Shown here: one piece after another, positions 40,941-49,480 of the stretch
How positions within the stretch are numbered: position 1 is the stretch's first letter
Layout of the letters: the number at the start of each line of letters is the position of its first letter
Assembly: GCA_050949565.1 (NCBI GenBank)
Contig: JBMNFY010000001.1
Location: forward strand, 64,001 to 128,000
Direction of reading: 5' to 3'
From: Kiritimatiellia bacterium
GTDB lineage: Bacteria; Verrucomicrobiota; Kiritimatiellia; RFP12; UBA1067
Length of the DNA stretch: 64,000 bases
The notes under the pieces: model-generated
Told to the model about the DNA's origin: nothing
Seen by the model: only the letters and a program-made list of their open reading frames with translations
Database searches by the model: none
Program-made: the position numbers and the translations under genes

Positions 40941-41709
40941 GACGCAGATCATCGGAGCATACGGCGGGTATCGCAAAACGTTCGCCTTTGGCTATACGTG
41001 TCTGGTGTACCACGCCACCTGCGCGTTCTGCCGCCGTAACTACGACCGCACTAACGACGCGCTCGGCAAGACCGTTGGTCAGATGGTGGGGGCGGCTCGC
41101 AGTGCGCGTCAAAACATCGTTGAGGGCTCGGCGCGAGCCGGAACGAGCCGCGAGACCGAACTGCGGCTCTATGACGTGGCGAAGGCTTCGCTCGAAGAAC
41201 TCGCCGGTGACTACGAGGCGTTTCTCATCGAATGCGGCGAGGCACCCTGGCGCGCGGACGATCCGCGCGCTGTGAAGGTGCTCGCGTTGCGGCTGGATCG
41301 TTTCACGGGTGATGACGCCCTCAATATACGCCATGATTTCGGTGTCTACATTCTCGCTATGCGGGAGCGGTTCGCCGAGTGGCTTGAAGCAAAGGATGCG
41401 GTGATAGCCGCGAACGCGATTCTGCTGGTGATCGACCAGGTGTGTCGGCTGTTGCACCGGCAGATGGAGTCGCTCGCGGCGGACTTCCGCGAGGAAGGCG
41501 GCTTCACGGAACGGCTCTCCAAGGCGCGTCTGGAAACACGCGATGCGCAGATGGCGGCGCAGGGCGCCCCGTCGTGTCCCAAGTGCGGCAAGCCCATGCG
41601 CAAGATGATCGCCCGCAAGGGCCGCAATGCGGGCAACCCCTTTTGGAGTTGCACCGGATATCCCGACTGCAGCGGAACACGCAATTACACGGAAGGGCAA
41701 GAGACATGA
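40927..41709 (+). CDS. four helix bundle protein (23S rRNA IVS-protein/Avd-like fold) with suffix domain and topoisomerase-type C4 Zn ribbon
   Basis: GGYRK, QMVGAARSARQNIVEGS, VAKASLEELAGDYE, FREEGGFTERL (suffix domain), CPKCGKPM...FWSCTGYPDCSGT. Confidence 0.88.
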   Translation: MRQETTQIIGAYGGYRKTFAFGYTCLVYHATCAFCRRNYDRTNDALGKTVGQMVGAARSARQNIVEGSARAGTSRETELRLYDVAKASLEELAGDYEAFLIECGEAPWRADDPRAVKVLALRLDRFTGDDALNIRHDFGVYILAMRERFAEWLEAKDAVIAANAILLVIDQVCRLLHRQMESLAADFREEGGFTERLSKARLETRDAQMAAQGAPSCPKCGKPMRKMIARKGRNAGNPFWSCTGYPDCSGTRNYTEGQET

Positions 41710-41753
41710 GACGCGAGACCCCATCCCGTCTCTTGTCTCATGTCTCTTGCCCT
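41694..41753. repeat. GAGAC-heptamer hairpin, site 3 (26-bp arms, 2 mismatches)
   Basis: agggcaagagacatgagacgcgagac-cccatccc-gtctcttgtctcatgtctcttgccct; contains TGA 41707-41709. Confidence 0.9.
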
Positions 41754-41773
41754 CAACCCAAAGGAACACCATT

Positions 41774-44227
41774 GTGAATGCGAAAACCATTTTGACATTT
41801 GCTTATGCGGGCCTGTTTGCGGCCACCGCCAGCGCCGCCCCGCTCGGCGTGACGGTCAATGACATCATGCTCGACTCCGACGGCGCATCCGACATCGGCT
41901 GGACATACGAACCGGCCACCTCGAACCTCGTGCTTTCCGGCGCGGGTCCCTTCACGCTGGCCGGCACGAACACGGAAGGGGCTGTGCGCGTCGTGGTCCC
42001 GACGGATGTAACGAATACAGTCAAGCTCGCGAACCTGACGCTCAAAGCGACGAGTGCAAATCAATGCGCCTTCGAGCTGGGAACGCGTGCCAACGTCTCG
42101 CTCATCCTCGCAGGCGCGAACACGCTCGCATCGGGCAGCAACCGCGCGGGGCTCCAAGTTGCGGTGGGGCGGACCCTCTCCATCACCAACGCGCCGGGCG
42201 ACGAGACGGCATCGCTCTCCGCCACAGGCGGAGGCAGCAGCGCGGGCATCGGCAGCGGCTACAACATCAACGGCGGCAGGGTGACCATCAACGGCGGGGA
42301 AATCACGGCCAAGGGCGGCAGCAACGGCGCGGGCATCGGCGGCGGCTACTATGGCGACGGCGGCAGGGTGACCATCAACGGCGGCACGGTGATGGCGCAG
42401 GGCGGCAGCTACGGCGCGGGCATCGGCGGGGGCTACTATGATCACGGCGGCATCGTGACCATCAACGGCGGAGAAATCACGGCCACGGGCGGGAGCTGCG
42501 CCGCAGGCATCGGCGGAAGCTACAATCGAAGCGGCAACACGACCATCAACGGTGGCACGGTCACGGTCAAGGGCGGTCTCGACGGCGCAGGCATCGGCGG
42601 CGGCTACAAGCGTTCCTGCGGCACGGTGGCCATCACCGGCGGCATCGTGCAGGCAGTGAGCCTGGGCCACGGCGCGGGCATCGGCAATGCCTTCGAAGCA
42701 AGCGCGGGAGGAACGGTCTACAATCTCCGGCGGTACGGTCACGGCTACGGGCGGCGATTATGCCGCCGGTATCGGTGGCGGTAACAACGGCGGCGGCTGC
42801 GCGGTCGAAATCTCCGGCGGCACAGTGACGGCGACAGGCGGCTACTACGGCGCGGGCATCGGCGGCGGCCAATACAGAGACGGTTGCACAGTCGAAATCT
42901 CCAGTGGCACAGTGACGGCGACAGGCGGCCAGTGCGGCGCGGGCATCGGCGGCGGTTATGGCGGCACCGGCGGCACGAACATCATTTCCGGCGGCACGGT
43001 CGCGGCGACGGGGGGCCGCTACGGTGCCGGCATCGGCGGCGGCATCGGCGGCGCAGGCGGCGCAGTGACCATCAGCGGCGGTATCGTGACAGCCACAGGC
43101 AGCGACTTTTACGGTGCGGGCATCGGTGGTGGCGGCGGTGGCGGTGGCGGCGTGGTGACCATCTCCGGAGGCACCGTCACGGCCAACGGCGTCCTTTTGG
43201 GCGCGGGTATAGGCTCGGGCGGCTATGCCGACGCGTCATCCGGCGGCGACGGCGGTACGGTGACCATCACCGGCGGCTCCGTCACGGCCGGCGGCGGCGA
43301 TTTCGCGGCCGGCATCGGCGGCGGCGATGGCGACGCGGGCGGCACGACAACTATCTCCGGCGGCGAGATCACCGCTACCGGCGGCCAATACGGCGCCGGC
43401 ATCGGCGGCGGCAACAACAACGGGGTCATCGAAGGAAACACCATCGAGAACGCAGGCCCGGGCGGCACGGTGAACATCACCGGCGGACGGGTTACCGCGA
43501 CCGGCGGCAAGTGTGCCGCGGGCATCGGTGGCGGTACCGGCCAGCAGGTTGCTGGCAGTGAAGGTGCAGTCCTGACCGTCTCCGGCGGCACGGTCTTCGC
43601 GATCGGCGGCGCGGGCGGTGCGCCGGGCATCGGCCCCGGCCTTGGCAATGTGGAGGAAGGCGACACCGGGAACTTGCCGGAGGCCTCCGGCACGAGCCTC
43701 TTCACCGGTGGCTCCATCCGCATTGATGGCGGCTATGCAGCAGCCGCGCCCTCGAACAGCTTACGGAGCGCGTCTGGTGCGTGACGGTGACGAACCTCAC
43801 GCCCAATGCGGCAGTCGTCGTAACAGCGCTCGGCGCCTACGGCGTCGTCGACCTCTTCGCCGATGAAACCGGCAAGCTCTACCTCTGGCTACCCAACGAC
43901 GACTACGCCTTCACGGCGGGTGGCTTTGGTTACACGGCGACCGTCGCCGGTGCGGCGGCCACGGCTACCCGTAGCCTCCCCGTGCCGGTCTTCGCCACGG
44001 ACGGATCGGCGATTGTTGTCAGCGGCACGACGCTCTCCATCAAGATCACCAACGCCCAGGTCGGGGCTTATTACACGCTCTACTGGACGGACACGCTGGG
44101 CGGAACCTGGAATAAAGGCCCGAGCATCCAAGCGGCGACGGGTGGCGACCTCGTCCTCACAACGAACATCGACGCGACGGCGTCGTGCCGCTTCTTCAAG
44201 GTGAGGGCCAGCGAAACCCAGCCGTAG
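41774..44227 (+). CDS. secreted AGIGGG-repeat protein, paralog 3; frameshifts near 42720 and 43765
   Basis: GTG start with the same leader as paralog 2; ORFs 41627, 42687 and 43781 join into one protein ending CRFFKVRASETQP. Confidence 0.7.
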
Positions 44228-44233
44228 GGTGGG

Positions 44234-44335
44234 GGAGGGCAAGAGACAAGAGACGAGGTGTCTCCTCTTGTCTCGCGCCTCTTGCCCTCCTAACCCCAAC
44301 TCCTAAATCCTACCTCCTAAATCCCAAATTCCAAC
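44234..44335. repeat. GAGAC-heptamer hairpin, site 4, followed by TCCTAAA-type heptamers
   Basis: ggagggcaagagacaagagacgagg-tgtct-cctcttgtctcgcgcctcttgccctcc; then aactcctaaatcctacctcctaaa. Confidence 0.8.
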
Positions 44336-44340
44336 CAGCC

Positions 44341-45780
44341 ATGAACAACACAACCACCAACCACAACACCCCATCTCGCATGATGCGCCTTTGCGCCTTC
44401 GCGCTCGCGCACATCGTGACCCTCCTCCCCCTGACCGCATCCGCCGCCGGCTTTGGCGGCGAAACCTGCGGTCGCTACACGTACACGATCGATGAAAACA
44501 AAGCCATTATCATAGGCTTCGACGACTACGAATACGAAGGCGACCTCATCATCACCAATCAACTCGACAACTACACTGTCACGGGTATTGGCCAGAGTGC
44601 CTTTGCCTACCGTTCCACCCTCACGTCCGTGACCATCCCCGACACCGTCACGACCATCGAATACCGGGCCTTCGCGAACTGTGCCTCCCTCACGAACCTC
44701 TTCATCCCCAACAGCGTCACCAACATCGACTATGGTGCCGATCATGGTGTCGTTCAAGGAAGTCCTTTGCTCATCCACATCACCGTTGCGGATGACAACG
44801 AAACCTACGCCGACATCGACGGCGTGCTGTTCGACAAAGCATGCTCCACCCTGCTGGCTTGTCCCAACGGCCGCGCCGGTGCCTACGCGATCCCCGACGG
44901 CGTCACGACCATCGTTGCCGAAGCCCTCAGGTACTGCACGGCCCTCACCAGCATCACCCTTCCCGACAGCCTTGCGACCATCGGCAAAGACGCCTTCGAG
45001 GACTGCACGTCCCTCACCAACATCACCGTGGCAGCGGACAACCCGAACCATGCCAGCGAAGACGGTGTGCTGTTCGACAACGGTCTTACCACATTGCTGA
45101 CATGTCCCGCCGGTTTCTCCGGCGCCTACGCCGTCCCCGACGGCGTGACCGCCATCGCCGATTGGGCTTTCCGTAATCGTACCGGTCTCACGGCCGTCAC
45201 CCTCCCCGACACCGTCACGACCATCGGATACCAAGCCTTCGATTGCTGCACCGCCCTGACCTCCATCACCATTCCCGATAGCGTCACGAACATCAGTTAC
45301 GGCGCCTTCGCGGATTGTACCGCTCTGCCGTCCATCATCATCCCCGGAAGCGTGAAGCACCTCGAATCCTATACCTTCGGCGGCTGTGAATCCCTGACCT
45401 CCGTCCTCTTCACCGGCAACGCCCCAACACCCGATTGGTATAACAACGCTTTTGCCTATACATCCCCCACACTCACATTCTACTATCTCCCCAACACAAA
45501 AAATTGGGGGGCCAAATTCTACGGGCGTCCCGTTGTCTGCTGGAATCCTGCCTTCAGCACCATCCCGCCGCCGCAAATCGACGCCTCGGGCGCGTTTGCC
45601 TTTACCCTCACCGGCAATACGGACATCCCCGTCCGCGTCGAAGCCTGCGACAATCTTGTCTCCACGCTATGGGTCACCGTCACCAATGCCACCATGTCAA
45701 GCGACGGCACCCTTGACTTCACCGACCCCGACGCCGCCTCCCATCCCTCGCGTTTCTACCGCTTCACCTTCCCGCATTAA
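44341..45780 (+). CDS. BspA-type leucine-rich repeat surface protein
   Basis: Repeated LTSVTIPDTVTTIxxxAFxxC; signal peptide; ends FTDPDAASHPSRFYR. Confidence 0.9.
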   Translation: MNNTTTNHNTPSRMMRLCAFALAHIVTLLPLTASAAGFGGETCGRYTYTIDENKAIIIGFDDYEYEGDLIITNQLDNYTVTGIGQSAFAYRSTLTSVTIPDTVTTIEYRAFANCASLTNLFIPNSVTNIDYGADHGVVQGSPLLIHITVADDNETYADIDGVLFDKACSTLLACPNGRAGAYAIPDGVTTIVAEALRYCTALTSITLPDSLATIGKDAFEDCTSLTNITVAADNPNHASEDGVLFDNGLTTLLTCPAGFSGAYAVPDGVTAIADWAFRNRTGLTAVTLPDTVTTIGYQAFDCCTALTSITIPDSVTNISYGAFADCTALPSIIIPGSVKHLESYTFGGCESLTSVLFTGNAPTPDWYNNAFAYTSPTLTFYYLPNTKNWGAKFYGRPVVCWNPAFSTIPPPQIDASGAFAFTLTGNTDIPVRVEACDNLVSTLWVTVTNATMSSDGTLDFTDPDAASHPSRFYRFTFPH

Positions 45781-45840
45781 ACGTGAGCGTTGAATCGCGC
45801 CCCGAGAGTCGGTACACTGTTCGGCACATGAGCAGTACGA

Positions 45841-46125
45841 ATGAATCATAGCGAGAACGGGCATCCGGACGGTGCGCCGCAACAGGTCGAGTATCCCGCG
45901 ATCTTTCATTTCCGCGTGATCACGGAAGCGTCATCCGCTGCGGAGCCGGAACTGACGGTGGTGCTGGCCGCCTACCGGGTGATCGAGCCGCTTGCGGCGT
46001 CGCGTGCGTCATCCTCGGGCCGGTATTGTGCCTACAGTGTTTCGATCGAACTGCAGACGCCGGATGAGTTGCGCACGCTTGATGCGGCGTTGAAGCGGGT
46101 GCCGGGTGTCCGTATGGTGCTGTAG
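45841..46125 (+). CDS. DUF493/YbeD-like protein
   Basis: EYPAIFHFRVI...SSSGRYCAYSV...VPGVRMVL. Confidence 0.8.
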   Translation: MNHSENGHPDGAPQQVEYPAIFHFRVITEASSAAEPELTVVLAAYRVIEPLAASRASSSGRYCAYSVSIELQTPDELRTLDAALKRVPGVRMVL

Positions 46126-46131
46126 GGGCGA

Positions 46132-47254
46132 TATGGCAGAGGTGGTGCTAGAGAAGGTGTGCAAGGAGTACGACGGCGGCGTGCGCGCGGTTGACGCGTT
46201 CAGCCTGGTGGTCCGCGACGGTGAGTTTCTGGTGCTGGTCGGCCCTTCCGGATGTGGCAAGTCGACCACGCTGCGTATGGTCGCAGGACTCGAGACGATC
46301 TCATCCGGCACGATCAGCATCGGCGGCCGCTGCGTGAACACGGTGCCGCCGAAGGATCGCGACATCGCGATGGTTTTTCAGAACTACGCGCTCTATCCGC
46401 ACATGACGGTCTATGACAACATGGCTTTCGGGCTCAAGCTGCGGGGCTTTCACAAGCGTGAAATCGAGAAGCGGGTCGGCGAAGCGGCGGAGATTCTGGG
46501 GCTGGGCGACCTGTTGCGGCGTTTACCCAAACAGCTCTCGGGCGGGCAGCGTCAGCGGGTGGCGCTGGGGCGCGCCATCGTGCGCAAGCCGCAGGTCTTT
46601 CTGTTTGACGAGCCGCTCTCTAATCTGGATGCCAAGATGCGCGTGGAGATGCGTAGCGAGTTGAACCGCCTGCACCAGCGGCTGAAAGCCACCATGATCT
46701 ATGTGACGCACGATCAGGTCGAGGCGATGACCATGGGCGACCGCATCGTGGTGATGGCGGACGGCACGATCCAGCAGGTGGCACCACCGCTAGAGGTCTA
46801 CCGCCGACCGGCGAACCTCTTTGTCGCCGGATTTATCGGGACGCCGCCGATGAATATGCTGCGGGGGCGCTTCGAGCTTCAGGAGGGCGGCGGTTGCTTT
46901 CGGCATGCACAGGGCGTGATCGCGCTGCCGGCGCGCTGGAGCGCCGCCCTGCAGCCGTTCACCGGACGCGAGCTGCTGATGGGGTTCCGGCCGGAATCGT
47001 TGGGCGGCGCAGCGTCGCCGGACACGGCGCAGGATGCGATCTGCGGCACGGTGGATGTTGTCGAGCCGATGGGCGCGGAGACCTTCGTCCAGGTGCTGAT
47101 GTCCGACGGCACCCGTATCGTGGCGCGGGTAGGGGCGGAGTGTACGTTCGTGCCGGGCACGATGGTGGCACTGCCGCTGGACTGCGGTCAGCTCCGGTTT
47201 TTCGAGGCCGAGAGCGGGAAGGCCATTCCGGCCGAGGACGAGGAGGTGCGGTGA
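46132..47254 (+). CDS. sugar ABC transporter ATPase (MalK/UgpC/MsmK family)
   Basis: GPSGCGKST, VFQNYALYPHM, LSGGQRQR, DEPLSNLDAK, YVTHDQVEAMT, TOBE-like tail. Confidence 0.95.
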
Positions 47255-47868
47255 TGCGGCTCGGTATTCTCGGCGGCAGTTTCAATCCGATCCACATCGG
47301 CCATCTTCTGATGGGCTGCGCGGCGGCGGAAGCCTTTCAGCTTGATCGCGTGTTGCTGATGCCCTGTGCGGTATCGCCATTCAAAGTTGGTGCGACGGAC
47401 TTGGCACCGGGCTCGGATCGGCTGGAGATGGTGCGGCGCAGCGTGGCCGGTGATCCGCTTTTCGAGGCGTCGGACCTCGACCTGACGCGCGGCGGGGTGT
47501 CGTATACGGTCGAGACGGTGCGGACTCTGCATGCGCGCTATCCCAAGGCGCATCTCTTTTTTATTATTGGCGGGGATTCGCTACGCGAACTTTCGCGTTG
47601 GTACAAGATCGACGAGATACTGACGTTGTGCGACGTGATTACGGTGTTGCGGCCGGGCGTGTCGCTGGTGCTTGACGAGGCGCTGGAGCCCTTCCCCGAA
47701 GCGGTACGCGCGCGTCTGCGGCAGCACATGCTCCAAGGGCGCACTTGCGAGGTTTCTTCTTCGGAGATACGGAGAAGAATTGCCGAAGGGCGTTCAATCC
47801 GTTATCTTGTGTGTCCTGAAGTCGAGGCCTATATCCGCGAGCGCGGCTTATACGCTACCGACAAATGA
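47254..47868 (+). CDS. nadD: nicotinate-nucleotide adenylyltransferase
   Basis: GILGGSFNPIHIGH, SYTVET, IIGGDS, VSSSEIR. Confidence 0.95.
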   Translation: MRLGILGGSFNPIHIGHLLMGCAAAEAFQLDRVLLMPCAVSPFKVGATDLAPGSDRLEMVRRSVAGDPLFEASDLDLTRGGVSYTVETVRTLHARYPKAHLFFIIGGDSLRELSRWYKIDEILTLCDVITVLRPGVSLVLDEALEPFPEAVRARLRQHMLQGRTCEVSSSEIRRRIAEGRSIRYLVCPEVEAYIRERGLYATDK

Positions 47869-47877
47869 TGAGGAAAC

Positions 47878-48231
47878 ATGGCCATTCAACCTGAACAGAT
47901 AGCACGGGAAGCGGCGGCGGCGCTGGACGCCAAGCAGGCGGAGGATATCCGCATTTACGATGTCCGCGGGATTTCTAACCTCACCGACTTCACGGTCGTG
48001 GCGACCGGCACATCGGAACCGCACCTCAAGGCGCTAGTTTCGGAGGTGCAACGCCGCACGAAGGCGTCGGACGTTGCCAGCTACCGCACATCGGGCACGC
48101 CGGACAGCGGCTGGGTGGTGGTGGACTTCGTGCATGTCGTGGTGCACGTCTTCTCACCTGAGGCGCGCGCGTATTACGCCATCGAGAAGCTGTGGGCTAC
48201 AGCCACAGAGATTCCGCTTCCTCAGTCCTGA
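47878..48231 (+). CDS. rsfS: ribosome silencing factor
   Basis: KQAEDI..DV, WVVVDFVHVVVHVF, YYAIEKLW; nadD-rsfS synteny. Confidence 0.95.
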   Translation: MAIQPEQIAREAAAALDAKQAEDIRIYDVRGISNLTDFTVVATGTSEPHLKALVSEVQRRTKASDVASYRTSGTPDSGWVVVDFVHVVVHVFSPEARAYYAIEKLWATATEIPLPQS

Positions 48232-48607
48232 AGAAGCCGTCCTCATTCAACCCCTGTATCTCCATCAGCAGGCTTGCAAAGCTGGCTGTGGATTCGTCGA
48301 TGTGCGCGGCGGCGGCCGGTTGCTGCGCCAAGCCCTGCGTCTCCTGTCCGGCACGTTGCGACGCGAACCAGAAGGCTGTTCCGCCCAGCAACAGCGCGAG
48401 CGACGCCGCGGCCGCCAAGATGCGTCCCAACGGCCACGTTGGACGCGCCCGGCTGGCGGCCACGCGCCGCGCTTCCTCGCGAATCGCCTGTTCCACCCGC
48501 GTGGAAGGCCCACCAAGACATTCAAAGCCCTGCCGGACGCGGGGGGCGAGTTCAAGCAGTTCGCGGTCAATGGCCGCGATCTCGTCAAAAGGTGTCTGCG
48601 TCTTCAT
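48197..48607 (-). CDS. putative membrane-anchored anti-sigma factor
   Basis: Directly downstream of the ECF sigma; single TM segment (LAAAASLALLLGG). Confidence 0.55.
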   Translation of the reverse strand: MKTQTPFDEIAAIDRELLELAPRVRQGFECLGGPSTRVEQAIREEARRVAASRARPTWPLGRILAAAASLALLLGGTAFWFASQRAGQETQGLAQQPAAAAHIDESTASFASLLMEIQGLNEDGFFRTEEAESLWL

Positions 48608-48610
48608 CGT

Positions 48611-49195
48611 TTAATCCTCCTCCTCCGCCAACCACTTCTTCAGTTTACCCATTGCGTCGTGCATGCGTCCCAGCGCGGTATTCAGCGGGATGTCCAGCGT
48701 GGCGGCAATCTCGTTGAAGGTCAGGTTTCCCTGAACGCGCATCAGAAAGACCTCGCGCTGTACTTCAGGCAGCATCATGACCGCCTGCATCACGCGCTGC
48801 GCCATGTCATCCAACTCCACCCGCTCTGTCGGCCCCGCCTCTGTTGCGGCCAGGCGCTCGACCAGTGGATTATCCTCGGCATCGGCCACTGCGTCCAAGC
48901 TGATGGTCGGCTTGCTTTTGCGGCGGAAGTCGATCAATAGGTTGCGTGCGATCTTCCACAGCCACGCCCGGAACGATACATCCTTGAAACGCGCCGCATG
49001 ACGGATCACGCGGAACCAAACCTCCTGAAACAGATCCTCGGCGTCGGCGCGGTTCGCGGTCATACCCAGCAGCCAGGCAAACAGGGGTTGCCGGTAACGG
49101 TCTACTAGCTTGTCTAAGGCCGTTGTGTCGCCCTGCGCGAAGGCTTGGAGCAGCTCGGCATCACTGATGTCAGGCTCTGGCATGGTTGCTTTCAT
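48611..49195 (-). CDS. ECF RNA polymerase sigma factor
   Basis: DAELL..GD..ALDKLV, AEDLFQEVW, FRAWLWKIARN, LPEVQREVF..EIAATL. Confidence 0.93.
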   Translation of the reverse strand: MKATMPEPDISDAELLQAFAQGDTTALDKLVDRYRQPLFAWLLGMTANRADAEDLFQEVWFRVIRHAARFKDVSFRAWLWKIARNLLIDFRRKSKPTISLDAVADAEDNPLVERLAATEAGPTERVELDDMAQRVMQAVMMLPEVQREVFLMRVQGNLTFNEIAATLDIPLNTALGRMHDAMGKLKKWLAEEED

Positions 49196-49274
49196 ACTGC
49201 TAAACGATAGACGTTGCGATTTATTGGCGAAAATCTTATTATTTTGCTCAAAACGATCAAGCAGGAAATTATCA

Positions 49275-49480
49275 TTTGACATGATTAACATGATTAACAT
49301 GATTAACATGATTTGGAGGGCGAGTGTCCCCACGAGCCGCCGAGGCGGGCAATGGAGGGCGAGTGTCCCCACGAGCCGTCTTCCGCTGTGCGGAAGGATG
49401 GTTTCGATTTTCACTGCGGAGCACCAAAAATCTCTGCGTCTCTGCGTCTCTGCATTAAAAAAACGTTCAACGCTCAATTT
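49275..49480 (-). repeat. intergenic repeat mosaic: (ACATGATTA)x4, two 26-bp REP-like direct repeats, (CTCTGCGT)x3, AACGTTC heptamers
   Basis: 49275-49314; tggagggcgagtgtccccacgagccg at 49314-49339 and 49353-49378; 49426-49460; 49462-49478. Confidence 0.85.

Noticed and set aside
40927-41709. Diversity-generating retroelement (Avd-like gene next to surface proteins)
   Set aside because: No reverse transcriptase in the window. The repeat pairs I compared (e.g. 19373 vs 23158, 37043 vs 40464) do not show adenine-specific differences.
31903-45780. Classical integron
   Set aside because: No tyrosine integrase in the window, and the hairpins lack the RYYYAAC/GTTRRRY attC cores.
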